A stretch of DNA of 64,000 bases, taken from assembly GCA_963832165.1 (NCBI GenBank), contig CAWHTE010000003.1, positions 384,001 through 448,000 on the forward strand, read 5' to 3'. Both the position numbers and the translations under genes were made by a program. Positions 52,355 to 61,949 of the stretch are shown one piece after another (within the stretch, counting starts at the first letter, position 1; each line of letters begins with the position of its first letter). The stretch comes from an uncultured delta proteobacterium (lineage in GTDB: Bacteria > Myxococcota_A > UBA9160 > SMWR01). The notes under the pieces are model-generated. The model was not told where the DNA came from. It saw nothing but the letters and a program-made list of their open reading frames with translations, and made no database searches.

Positions 52355-53182
52355 TTAGGCGCCGCTCGTCTGGGCGACGCCCGCGATCATCTCGCGCATC
52401 GCCTCGGGGCTGGCCGCCTTGACCGCTTCGAGGTCGCGGAGCTCCGCCGGGACATACCAGTGGATCCTGGACGGATCGTGATAGGCCGACCAGACGACCT
52501 CGGCTACGTCGCGCGCGGCGATCAATCGGAACGGCCCTTCGGCGGGTGCGCGGTCGCGGGCGAGGATGCCCTCCTCAGACGATCCCGAGTGGTTCGGCGT
52601 GCTGTCGAGCAGCGGCGTGTCGATCAGACCCGGCAATACATCCGCCACTCGGACCCCGTGGCGCGCGAATTCGATGCTGAGCGCTTCGGTGAGTCCCTTC
52701 ACCGCGAACTTCGTCGCGGAGTACACCGCGAGGCGCGGCACGCCGAAGATCGCCGAGGACGAGGCCGTGTTGAAGCAGAGCGAGTTCGGAGTAGCGCGCA
52801 GCAAGGGGAACGCGGCGTACGCGCCGTTCACGACGCCGATGAAGTTCACCTCGATGATGCGTCGCGCGGCCTGCTGCGGAACGTCCTCGAAGAAGCCGGA
52901 GTGGGCGATTCCGGCGTTGTTGTGGAAGAGGTCGAGGCGTCCGCCCGTGGCGCGGCCGAACGACTGCAAGGCGGCCGCGAACGAAGCCGGATCCGTCACG
53001 TCGAGGGGACCCGTCACGCCGCCCGCCGGCGCGATCTCCCTCGCGAGCGTCTCGAGGCCGCGCGGGTCGATGTCGTATCCGCCGACGCGCCAGCCTCGCT
53101 CCGCAAAGAGCAGTGCGGCGGCGCGGCCGATCCCGCTCGCCGCGCCGCTGATGAAGATCGATCGGGGTTCTCCGTGGGTCAT
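52355..53182 (-). CDS. Short-chain dehydrogenase/reductase
   Basis: SGAASGIG, NNAG, YSATKFAV. Confidence 0.88.
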   Translation of the reverse strand: MTHGEPRSIFISGAASGIGRAAALLFAERGWRVGGYDIDPRGLETLAREIAPAGGVTGPLDVTDPASFAAALQSFGRATGGRLDLFHNNAGIAHSGFFEDVPQQAARRIIEVNFIGVVNGAYAAFPLLRATPNSLCFNTASSSAIFGVPRLAVYSATKFAVKGLTEALSIEFARHGVRVADVLPGLIDTPLLDSTPNHSGSSEEGILARDRAPAEGPFRLIAARDVAEVVWSAYHDPSRIHWYVPAELRDLEAVKAASPEAMREMIAGVAQTSGA

Positions 53183-53237
53183 GGCGGACGTGTAGCAGGG
53201 CCTCGCGGAGGGGGCTCGACGATCTACTCTGCGCTCG

Positions 53238-53801
53238 GTGCTGAAGATCCACCCGCGCATCACCACCGAACGCCTCCGGTTGCGCCCGTTCGTGGCCGAC
53301 GACGCGGTGGAGCTCGCGAACCTCGCCAGCTCGGCGCAGATCGCCGACACGATGCTCGAATGGCCACACCCGTTCTCGCCGGCCAACGCGCGCTCGACGA
53401 TCGCGGCGCAGGCCGCGCTCTACCAGGCGGGGCGCGCGGTCCATCTGGCGATCGAGCGCCGGCTCCCGTCCGACCTGATCGGCGGAGTCGAGCTCGGCGG
53501 GCTCGACAACCCGCACCGCTGCGCGGAGCTGCGCCTCTGGATCGCCGACAAGGAGTGGGGAAAGGGGTTCGCCACCGAGGCGGCCCTCGCCGTGCTGCGC
53601 TTCGGCTTCCGCGAGCTCGCGCTCCATCGCATCGATGCGATGCACCTCGTGCGCAGCGAGGCCGCTGCCGCTGTGCTGCGCAAGGTCGGCATGCGGCAGG
53701 AAGGGGTGCTGCGCGAGCGCGTGCGCAAGGTGGGGCGCTTCGAGGACGTCGCGCTGTGTGCGGTGCTCGCGGATGAGTTCGTGTCGGATCCCAGCTCGTG
53801 A
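53238..53801 (+). CDS. GNAT family (RimJ/RimL-like) N-acetyltransferase
   Basis: TERLRLRP, WGKGFATEA, KVGMRQEG. Confidence 0.88.
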   Translation: MLKIHPRITTERLRLRPFVADDAVELANLASSAQIADTMLEWPHPFSPANARSTIAAQAALYQAGRAVHLAIERRLPSDLIGGVELGGLDNPHRCAELRLWIADKEWGKGFATEAALAVLRFGFRELALHRIDAMHLVRSEAAAAVLRKVGMRQEGVLRERVRKVGRFEDVALCAVLADEFVSDPSS

Positions 53802-55024
53802 ACCCGCGGGAGCTGTTCCGCGTCGCTGCCTATCGCTGGCTCTTCCTCTCGAACGTGGCGTTCTACCTGGCCATGCAGAGCCAGGCGCTCGTGCGCGGCT
53901 TCCTCGCCTTCCAGCTGACCCGCAGCGAGTTCGCGCTCGGCACGGTGAGCTTCGCGGTTGCCGCGCCGATGCTGCTGGTCTCGCCGATCGGCGGAGTGCT
54001 CGCCGACCGCTTCGATCGGCGCCGCCTGATCATCGTGGCACAGGGTCTCGTGTTGATCAGCGAGTCGACCGTGCTCGCGCTGTATCTGACCGATCACCTC
54101 GAGTTCTGGCACCTGGCGGCTTCCGCGCTCGTGATGGGCAGTGTTTTTCCGCTGATGATGCCCGCGCGCCAGGCAATCGTGGGCAACCTGGTCGGCCGCG
54201 AGCGCCTCGCGGGTGCCTTCGCGCTCAACCTGACCGGGATGAACACGGCGCGCGTGGTCGGCCCTGCGATCGGCGGGCTGCTGATCATGGGCGACGACGT
54301 GGGGGTCGCGTATGCGGTCGGAATCGCGATCTATGCAGCCGCGCTCTGGGGCATGTTCCAGATCGGGCCCGCCCGTCCACCCGCCGCGGCACACGACGTG
54401 TCGCTGTGGACGAACCTCATCGCGGGATTCGCCTATCTCCGACAGAACCGGCGGGTCGCGCTGCTGCTGCTGTTCGGCCTCTTGCCGATGTTCCTCGCGA
54501 TGCCGTTCCAGCAGCTCCTGCCCGCGTTCGCGGAGGAGGTGTGGCCCGTGGGCTCGAAGGGGCTGGGCCTCCTGTCGGCGATCGTGGGTCTGGGCGGCGT
54601 CGCGGGCTCGGCGTTTGTGACTTGGCGCGGAGAGTCGGGCTGGCGGCTGCCCGTTCAGCTCGGGAGCCTGATCGGCTTCTGCGCGCTGCTCGCCGCCTTC
54701 TGCTGGGTTCCGAGCTTTCCGGCCGCGCTGGTCGTCGTGTTCCTGGCCAACACCCTCGCGAGCGTGTTCGGCACCACGAACAGCACGACGATCCAGATCC
54801 TGATCCCCGACGAGGTGCGCGGCCGGGTCTCGAGCTTCTTGATGATGAGCTTCTCGCTGCCGCTGCTCGGTGTGCTTCCGATCAGCTACGCGGCCCACGA
54901 GCTGGGTGTGCAGGCCGCCGTGAGCGGTGCGGCGCTGCTCGCACTGCTGTTCGCGGTGCTCTTCTGCGCGTCGAGCCCGACGCTGCGCGGCATGGACACG
55001 GCTGTGCCCCGCGCGCGCCAGTAG
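53798..55024 (+). CDS. MFS transporter
   Basis: GGVLADRFDRR motif A, ARVVGPAIGG, RGRV; about 12 TM helices. Confidence 0.9.
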   Translation: MNPRELFRVAAYRWLFLSNVAFYLAMQSQALVRGFLAFQLTRSEFALGTVSFAVAAPMLLVSPIGGVLADRFDRRRLIIVAQGLVLISESTVLALYLTDHLEFWHLAASALVMGSVFPLMMPARQAIVGNLVGRERLAGAFALNLTGMNTARVVGPAIGGLLIMGDDVGVAYAVGIAIYAAALWGMFQIGPARPPAAAHDVSLWTNLIAGFAYLRQNRRVALLLLFGLLPMFLAMPFQQLLPAFAEEVWPVGSKGLGLLSAIVGLGGVAGSAFVTWRGESGWRLPVQLGSLIGFCALLAAFCWVPSFPAALVVVFLANTLASVFGTTNSTTIQILIPDEVRGRVSSFLMMSFSLPLLGVLPISYAAHELGVQAAVSGAALLALLFAVLFCASSPTLRGMDTAVPRARQ

Positions 55025-55055
55025 CGATCGGGAACCGGAAGCGAGCGCGCCGGAG

Positions 55056-57215
55056 TCACGGCCGCGCGGCGAGCCAGCGCAACAACGCCTCCACCGCGGA
55101 GACGTCGCGCAGCCGGCGCCGCGCGCTCGTGGGCTGATCCGCGGGCCCGACCCGGAACGTCAGACCGAGGCCCTGCAGCGCGCGGAACGCGTCCTCGTCG
55201 GTGTCGTCGTCGCCTGCATAGAGCACGCGCAGCGCGGTCGACCACGCCTGGCCATGGCGCTGGCGCAGCACGTGCAGAGCCGCGTGGCCCTTGTCCCAGG
55301 CGATCGGCGGTCGCGCCTCGATGGCGAGATGCGCGGTGCGCGGCTGGAAGCCCGCCGTGCTGATGATCACGCGCGCCTGCTCCACGAGATGCGCATGACG
55401 CTCGGCCGCGAGCTCGCGATAGTGAAGCGTCAGGGTGGCTCCCTTCTCCTCGACCCAGGCGCCGTCGCTGCACAGCGTGGCGAGCTCGGGCGCGAGGCGC
55501 TCCGCGCGCTCGGTGTAGTGGGCGAGATCGGGGTGCTGGAACGGGCTCATGTCCGGCCCCTCGATCTCGAGGCCGTGATTTCCGGCGTAGGTCAGGTCCG
55601 GTACGCCGACCATCGTGCGCACGTCGTCGATCGAGCGCCCGGACACGATGGCGAGCTCGGTGTCGGCACGCGCGGCGCACGCCGAGAGCGCAGCCCGCAT
55701 CCCGGTCGAGAGATGCGCCTCGGACGGACGCCGCGCGATCTCCGCGAGCGTGCCGTCGTAGTCGAGGAACACGACCAGCGGCCAGCCGCGCGCGAAGCGG
55801 CCGATCCAGCGCTCGAAGTCCTCCGGGCCGACGGGCACGAGCGTCGCGGGTGTGGCCGCGGCTTCGAGGAACTGATCGCACCACGCGATCACATCGTGGT
55901 CGCGCTCGCGCTGCTGGAGCGCGCGCATGCGCGCGAGGCGGTCCTCCGTGGGCATCGTCAACGCGAGGTGGAGCGCCTCGGCGACCCCGTCGATGTTGTG
56001 CGGATTGACGCGCAGCGCCTCCTCCATCGTCTCGGCGGCGCCGGTCATGTGCGAGAGCACGAGCACTCCCGGCTCCGCGACGCGGCATGCGACGAATTCC
56101 TTCGCGACCAGGTTCATTCCGTCGCGGAGCGGGGTCACGAGTGCCACGTCGGCATCGCGGTAGAGCGCCGCGAGCCGCTCCGGCTCGACCGACCGGTGGA
56201 GGTAGTGGATCGGAGTCCAGCGCGCGGTGCCGAAGCGGCCGTTCACGCGCCCGACCAGCTCGTCGATCTGACGCTTGAGCCGCTTGTAGTCACCGACCTG
56301 GCGCCGGCTCGGCACGGCGAGCTGCAGGAATACCACGCGGCCGCGGTACTCGCGGTGCTGGTGGAGCAGCCGCTCGAACGCGTGCAGGCGTTCCGGGATG
56401 CCCTTCGTGTAGTCGAGGCGGTCGACGCCCAGGATGATGCGCTCGGCGCCCTTCTCGGCCGGCGGCGCATCGTGCGCGCGCTTCTCGAACGCCGCGTAGT
56501 CGATTCCGAGCGGGAACGCGCCGACCTGGACCGTGCGCGGGCCGTGCTCGACGCGCTCTGCGCCGCGATCCACGCGCTCGCCGAGCAGGCGCTCGACGCA
56601 GTCGAGGAAGTTCGACACGTAGTCCGGACAGTGGAAGCCGATCAGGTCGCACGCGAGCATGCCGCGCAGCACCTCGCGGTACTGCGGCAGCGAGCGATAG
56701 ACGTCGTAGGACGGGAACGGAATGTGCATGAACATCGCGATTCGCGCGTCGGGGCGCATCGCGCGCAGGTGGAGTGCTGCGCGCAGCAGGTGGTAGTCGT
56801 GGATCCAGACGAGGTCGCGCGGCCCGAGCCGCCGCGCGATCGTCTCGGCGAAGCGGCGATTGATCGCGTCGTAGGTGGCCCAGAAGCGCCGATCGAGGCG
56901 CACGCGCTCCGGGAGCGTGTGGAACAACGGCCACAGTGTCTGGTTCGAATACCCTTCGTAGTAGCGGCGCACCTCGTTTGCGGTGAGATCGACCGCCTCG
57001 AGCGCATAGCCGAGGTCGAGGTCGGGCGGCGCGCCGGGTGCGCCGAGCCAGCCGACCCAGGTACCGCCGACCGCACGCAGCGCCGGGTCGATCGCCGCCA
57101 CGAGCCCGCCACTCGAGCGCCGGACCTGGTTTCCGCGGCGGTTCCGCTGAATCGTCACAGGTAGACGGTTGCTCGCGACGATCAGGTGATCGAAGTTCAC
57201 GGAGGGGGGGCGCAT
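55056..57215 (-). CDS. Bifunctional trehalose-6-phosphate synthase/phosphatase (OtsA-OtsB fusion)
   Basis: [46 protein letters not shown] and [10 protein letters not shown]. Confidence 0.93.
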   Translation of the reverse strand: MRPPSVNFDHLIVASNRLPVTIQRNRRGNQVRRSSGGLVAAIDPALRAVGGTWVGWLGAPGAPPDLDLGYALEAVDLTANEVRRYYEGYSNQTLWPLFHTLPERVRLDRRFWATYDAINRRFAETIARRLGPRDLVWIHDYHLLRAALHLRAMRPDARIAMFMHIPFPSYDVYRSLPQYREVLRGMLACDLIGFHCPDYVSNFLDCVERLLGERVDRGAERVEHGPRTVQVGAFPLGIDYAAFEKRAHDAPPAEKGAERIILGVDRLDYTKGIPERLHAFERLLHQHREYRGRVVFLQLAVPSRRQVGDYKRLKRQIDELVGRVNGRFGTARWTPIHYLHRSVEPERLAALYRDADVALVTPLRDGMNLVAKEFVACRVAEPGVLVLSHMTGAAETMEEALRVNPHNIDGVAEALHLALTMPTEDRLARMRALQQRERDHDVIAWCDQFLEAAATPATLVPVGPEDFERWIGRFARGWPLVVFLDYDGTLAEIARRPSEAHLSTGMRAALSACAARADTELAIVSGRSIDDVRTMVGVPDLTYAGNHGLEIEGPDMSPFQHPDLAHYTERAERLAPELATLCSDGAWVEEKGATLTLHYRELAAERHAHLVEQARVIISTAGFQPRTAHLAIEARPPIAWDKGHAALHVLRQRHGQAWSTALRVLYAGDDDTDEDAFRALQGLGLTFRVGPADQPTSARRRLRDVSAVEALLRWLAARP

Positions 57216-57263
57216 CCTCGGAAGATACTCCGGATGTCGCGCCCATCCGGCTTTGGAGGATCG

Positions 57264-59042
57264 ATGTCCGGGCTCGACCTAGCGATGGTGGGGAATTGCA
57301 CCTGGGGAGGACTGATCGACCGAAACGCGCGCCTCGTATGGGCGTGTCTGCCGCGCTTCGATTCGGATCCGATCTTTCCGGCGCTGCTGGATGGGGACGA
57401 TCGCGACGAAGGCGTGTTTGCGATCGAGATCGAGGGCCAGATCGCCTCCGAGCAGCACTACGACGGCAACACGCCGATCCTCGTCACGACGCTGCGCGAC
57501 GGGTCAGGCGGCGCGATCGAGATCCGCGATTTCGCACCGCGCTTCTCGAACCACGGCCGCTTCTACCGCCCCACGATGATGATTCGCCGCGTGCGCCCGC
57601 TCTCGGGCGAGCCGCGGGTCCGGATCCTGCTGCGCCCGCGCTGCGACTACGGTGCGGGCAGGCCCGCCACGACGCGCGGCAGCAATCACATGCGCTACGT
57701 GACCCCCGGGCTCACACTGCGCCTGACGACCGACGCGCCGATCTCGTACGTCGCGGAGGCCACGCCGTTCGTGCTCCAACGCCCGCTCGCGCTGATCCTG
57801 GGCCCGGACGAGCCGCTCGCGGCGTCGATCGACGGCACCGCGCGCGATCTCGAGGAGCGCACACACGATCACTGGGTGGAGTGGGTGCGCTCGCTCTCGA
57901 TCCCGTTCGAGTGGCAGGACGCCGTGATCCGGGCCGCGATCGCGCTGAAGCAGTGCGCCTACGAGGAGACGGGCGCGATCGTGGCCGCGCTCACGACGTC
58001 GATTCCGGAGGCGCCCAACAGCGGTCGCAACTGGGACTATCGCTACTGCTGGCTGCGCGACGCCTACTTCGTGGTCCAGGCGTTGAACCGGCTCGGCGCG
58101 ACCCGCACGATGGAGGGGTTCCTCTCCTTCATCTCCACGCTCGCGGCAACCGCGGGCGACCGCGAGCTCCAGCCGCTCTACGGAATCGGGCTCGAGACGG
58201 CGCTCCACGAGAGCGAGGCTCCCGCGCTCGCGGGCTTCCGCCACATGGGACCCGTGCGCGTCGGCAACCAGGCATTCGAGCAGATCCAGAACGACAGCTA
58301 CGGGAGCGTGGTGCTCGCGGCGACGCAGTCGTTCTTCGACCGGCGCCTCCTGCACCCGGGCGGTGAGTCGCTGTTCCGGTTGCTCGAGACGGCCGGCGAC
58401 TACGCGCTGCGGCTCTGGAACCGGCCCGACGCGGGCCTCTGGGAGCTGCGCACGCGCAGGCACGTCCACACCTTCTCTGCGGTGATGTGCTGGGCGGCGT
58501 GCGACCGGCTCGCGCGGATCGCTGCGCATCTCGGCCGTACGGCGCGCGCGCAGCACTGGCACGCGCACGCACAGAAGATCCGCGAGGAGGTGCTCGCGCG
58601 CGCGTGGAACGAACGGCGCGGCAGCTTCGTCGGCGCGTTCGAAGGCGATCAGCTCGACGCCTCGCTGCTGCTGCTGCCGGAGCTCGGCTTCCTGCCCGCG
58701 ACCGACCCGCGCTTCGGCGCGACGCTCGGCGCGATCGAGCGCGAGCTGCGGCACGGTGACTATCTCTACCGCTATTCGGACGACGAGTTCGGCGCGGCGC
58801 AGACCGCGTTCAACGTGTGCACGTTCTGGTACATCGACGCGCTCGCCGCAGTCGGCCGGCGCGAAGAGGCGCGCGCGCTGTTCGCCAACATGCTCGCGCG
58901 GCGCAACCCGGCCGGGCTGCTCTCGGAAGATCTCGACGCGAAGACGGGCGAGCTCTGGGGCAACTTCCCGCAGACCTACTCGCTGGTCGGATTGATCAAC
59001 TCGGCGATGCGGCTGTCGGTTCGCTGGGAAGAAGCGCTGTAG
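57264..59042 (+). CDS. Glycoside hydrolase family 15 (putative trehalase)
   Basis: RNWDYRYCWLRD, GLWELR, LLSED..GNFPQTYS; GGAGG RBS. Confidence 0.9.
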   Translation: MSGLDLAMVGNCTWGGLIDRNARLVWACLPRFDSDPIFPALLDGDDRDEGVFAIEIEGQIASEQHYDGNTPILVTTLRDGSGGAIEIRDFAPRFSNHGRFYRPTMMIRRVRPLSGEPRVRILLRPRCDYGAGRPATTRGSNHMRYVTPGLTLRLTTDAPISYVAEATPFVLQRPLALILGPDEPLAASIDGTARDLEERTHDHWVEWVRSLSIPFEWQDAVIRAAIALKQCAYEETGAIVAALTTSIPEAPNSGRNWDYRYCWLRDAYFVVQALNRLGATRTMEGFLSFISTLAATAGDRELQPLYGIGLETALHESEAPALAGFRHMGPVRVGNQAFEQIQNDSYGSVVLAATQSFFDRRLLHPGGESLFRLLETAGDYALRLWNRPDAGLWELRTRRHVHTFSAVMCWAACDRLARIAAHLGRTARAQHWHAHAQKIREEVLARAWNERRGSFVGAFEGDQLDASLLLLPELGFLPATDPRFGATLGAIERELRHGDYLYRYSDDEFGAAQTAFNVCTFWYIDALAAVGRREEARALFANMLARRNPAGLLSEDLDAKTGELWGNFPQTYSLVGLINSAMRLSVRWEEAL

Positions 59043-59212
59043 TCGCTCGGAGTCGGCGCGGGCGCCGGCATCGCTTCGCTGAACGGATGCGGCGGCACCG
59101 GGCCGCGACAGCCCGGAGGTGCCGGGGGCCGCGGCGGTCCCATCCAGAACAGCGCCGCGCCGAGCAGGATGAGGATGCGCAGGAGCCGGTACGTTCGCCG
59201 TCGCGGATTCAT
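58976..59212 (-). CDS. Small single-TM, proline-rich hypothetical protein
   Basis: GGAGG 5 nt before ATG; basic N-terminus, hydrophobic helix, Pro-rich tail; 3' end overlaps the GH15 gene. Confidence 0.45.
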   Translation of the reverse strand: MNPRRRTYRLLRILILLGAALFWMGPPRPPAPPGCRGPVPPHPFSEAMPAPAPTPSDYSASSQRTDSRIAELINPTSE

Positions 59213-59271
59213 TGCTGCCTCCGTCTACTTTCCTGTAGTAGTCGGGGGCACGTATCGCGTCAAGCGCGGCG

Positions 59272-59502
59272 GCCGGGGTGGTTGGCTTGCCGGGCCTCAT
59301 TCGCTTCGTGCAGCCGGGGTGGTTGGCTTGCTGCGGCTCATGGCTCGCCGGCCTGGGGGTGACGTTCTCTCTCGCCCGAATGATCCGAAGCCAGCGATGG
59401 CTTCAGGCTTTCAGGTTGCCGGTCCAACCCAAGTGGCCACGAGCCGTGCGACGGCCCGTGGCCGGCTCCGCTTTACTTCGCCGCAGCAAGCCAACCACCC
59501 CG
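59272..59502. repeat. Element bounded by perfect 23-bp inverted repeats with internal hairpins, plus upstream partial direct copy
   Basis: CGGGGTGGTTGGCTTGCTGCGGC (59315-59337) and its reverse complement (59480-59502); 19-nt direct copy at 59272-59290. Confidence 0.85.
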
Positions 59503-59555
59503 CCACTCGAATTCGAACTCGTACGCCCTGGAATCGTGAACCTCTCCATGCGCTA

Positions 59556-59697
59556 GGCCGGGCGCTTGAATTCGCCGCCGGAGGCGTTGGTGATCCTGGA
59601 GCATATGCGTCTCCGAGCCGGCAACCATTGTGCTCCGGTGTACCGTCGTGCACGCCGACGGAGCCACAACGCCGACGCGGCGAATCAACGCCCGGCC
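59556..59697. repeat. Long imperfect palindrome (branched stem-loop)
   Basis: GGCCGGGCGcTTGAaTTCGCCGC (59556-59578) pairs with GCGGCGAATCAACGCCCGGCC (59677-59697) with two bulged bases. Confidence 0.75.
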
Positions 59698-59715
59698 CCA
59701 GGCAACGGACACCGC

Positions 59716-59742
59716 GTTACGCCCTTCGGGCTACTGCCCTAC
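59716..59742 (-). repeat. GTAG-type REP-like sequence at the MMPL stop codon
   Basis: Minus strand GTAGGGCAGTAGCCC-GAA-GGGCGTAAC; its TAG is the MMPL stop. Confidence 0.4.
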
Positions 59743-61949
59743 GACGCCTTGTCCGGCGTGGTGCCACCGCCCATCCATCGCGGCGCCCACCAGTTCCAGC
59801 GGCCGAGCAGGCGCATCGTGGCGGGTACGAGCAGCGCGCGCACGAGCGTCACGTCGAGCGCGATCGCAGCCGACATGCCGACCCCGATCTCCTTCACGAA
59901 GACGAGCTCGCCCGCGGCGAACGCGCCGATCACCACGAGCAGGATCAGCGCAGCGCTCGAGATCACGCGGCCCGTGTGGGCCAGCCCCGCGACGATGCTG
60001 CGCGAGTTGTCGCCGTCGCGGCGGTACTCCTCCTGGATGCGCGCGAGCAGGAACACCTCGTAGTCCATCGAGAGTCCGAACACGATCGCGGCGAGCATGA
60101 GCGGAATCGTCGGCTCGATCCCGTTGGGCGGCTCGAAGTTCAAGAGGCCCGCGAGGTGTCCATCCTGGAACACCCAGACCAGCACGCCGAAGCTCGCGCC
60201 GAGCGAGAGCAGGTTCATGAGCGCGGCCTTGATCGGTACGAGAACGGAGCGGAATGCGGTGAACAGTACCGCGAGGTTCCAGCCGACCACGCCCAGCGCG
60301 ACGATCAGCGCATAGCGCGCCAGGACGTTGTTCACATCGACGAGCTGCGCGGTCGGGCCGCCCACCTCGAGCCGGCGGCCCGGGTGCGGCAGCGAGCGCA
60401 CCGAACCCAACAGCTCCGCGGCGGCGTAGGTGCGGAACGACTGGCCGCCCTGGGCGTTGATCAGCGTGAGGTCGCCGTCGGTGGTGCGGTCGAGCTCGGT
60501 CAGCACGTCGGGATCGGTGGTGGTGACGAGCCCGTCGCTGCCGACCTGGTTCGGATCGAGCGCGTCGAGCGCAGTGTCGATCGTGGTGATCCCGGGCACC
60601 GCTGCGAGCTCTTCGAGATAGGCCTGCACACGGCGCAGCGTGTCGGGCGCGAGCACGGGCCCCTCGGTCTCGAGCACGATCTGAAGCGCCGAGGCGCCGC
60701 TCGGGTCGAACTGCGCGGGATCCGCAAGCCGCTCGTCGACGTTGCGCACCTCGGAGCCTCGCGGGAAGGTGGTGGTATCGGGCATCGCCGCTCGCATGCG
60801 CAGCGCGGGCAGGGCCGCGAGCACGAGCACGAGCGTGCAGGCGCCCGCAGTGAGCCACGGATAGCGGACCGCGAAGGTGCCGATCCCCGCCCACGCGCGG
60901 CTCGGGCCCGCGTCCTCGGGAGCGCGGCCGAGCGGGAAGCGATTGACGTTCGGCCCGAGCCAGGCGAGCAGCGCGGGCAGCATCACGAGCGCGCCGATCA
61001 GCGCGTTCGCGACCGCGAGGATCCCGCCCAGCGCCACGCTGCGCACGAGCGGCAGCGGAACCACGAACAGCACCGCCATGCTCACCATCACCGTGAGGCC
61101 CGAGATCCAGACCGCGCGCCCCGCGGTGTCGAGCGTGCGCGTCACGGCGTCGGCGGTGCTCGCGCTATGCGCCATCTCCTCGCGAAAGCGCTGCACGGTG
61201 AGCAGCGCGTAGTCGATCGAGAGACCAAGGCCGAGAAAGGCGCTCACGTTGAGCGAGAAGACGGAGATCTCCATGAAGTTCGAGATCACCTTGATCACCG
61301 CGACCGAGAGCGCCATCGCGATCGCGCCGATCGCGATCGGCAGGAGCGCCGCCACTACGCTGCGGAAGAACAGCAGCGTGAGCACGAGCGCGAGCGGCAG
61401 CGCATACATCTCGGCTTCGCCGACATCGCGCTCGGCGATCGACTGCGCGAGCGCCTCGGCGGGGATCGGGCCGCTGATCTCGACGCCCGGGAAGAGCTCG
61501 CGCAGCACCTTGTCGACGCGCGGCAGCGCGTTCACCATCTCCGACATCGAGCCCGCGAGATCGATCAGCACGATCGTGCGGTGTCCGTCGCGCGAGACGA
61601 GCGCGTCGAGCCCCGTGTCGTAGTGCGAGACGGTGCCGACGATCGCCGGGTCCTCGTAGAGCTGGTCGAGGCCGTCGAGCACGGTGCTCACGTACTCGGG
61701 GTCGCGCACGTCGAGATCGGGGCTGTACAGCATCGCCACGACGTCGGCGTTCGCGATCCCGAGCCGCTCGGTGATGCGTTTGGCCACGCGGTCCGACTCG
61801 CTGCCCGGGACGTCGATCCCGCCCGCGAGCAGCTGCTCGGCGACGTTCGCGCCGTAGAGTCCCGCGACGAGCGCGATGAGCCCCATCGTGGCCGCGACCG
61901 CGCGCGGGCGCGCGGACACCGCGCGTCCGAGCCGCGTGAACACGCTCAA
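59739..61949 (-). CDS. MMPL/RND family transporter
   Basis: GLGLSIDYALL..RFREE, TAGRAV..SG, FGLSMDYEVFLLARI; TTG start after AAGGAG. Confidence 0.92.
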   Translation of the reverse strand: MSVFTRLGRAVSARPRAVAATMGLIALVAGLYGANVAEQLLAGGIDVPGSESDRVAKRITERLGIANADVVAMLYSPDLDVRDPEYVSTVLDGLDQLYEDPAIVGTVSHYDTGLDALVSRDGHRTIVLIDLAGSMSEMVNALPRVDKVLRELFPGVEISGPIPAEALAQSIAERDVGEAEMYALPLALVLTLLFFRSVVAALLPIAIGAIAMALSVAVIKVISNFMEISVFSLNVSAFLGLGLSIDYALLTVQRFREEMAHSASTADAVTRTLDTAGRAVWISGLTVMVSMAVLFVVPLPLVRSVALGGILAVANALIGALVMLPALLAWLGPNVNRFPLGRAPEDAGPSRAWAGIGTFAVRYPWLTAGACTLVLVLAALPALRMRAAMPDTTTFPRGSEVRNVDERLADPAQFDPSGASALQIVLETEGPVLAPDTLRRVQAYLEELAAVPGITTIDTALDALDPNQVGSDGLVTTTDPDVLTELDRTTDGDLTLINAQGGQSFRTYAAAELLGSVRSLPHPGRRLEVGGPTAQLVDVNNVLARYALIVALGVVGWNLAVLFTAFRSVLVPIKAALMNLLSLGASFGVLVWVFQDGHLAGLLNFEPPNGIEPTIPLMLAAIVFGLSMDYEVFLLARIQEEYRRDGDNSRSIVAGLAHTGRVISSAALILLVVIGAFAAGELVFVKEIGVGMSAAIALDVTLVRALLVPATMRLLGRWNWWAPRWMGGGTTPDKAS

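Noticed and set aside
52286..55024. tRNA-Gly as integration site of an island
   Set aside because: No integrase and no duplicated tRNA 3' end seen in the window
59272..59337. CRISPR array from the two direct repeats
   Set aside because: Only two direct copies, the third is inverted, and there are no cas genes
59556..59697. Integron attC site
   Set aside because: No RYYYAAC/GTTRRRY ends at the stem termini, no cassette array or integrase
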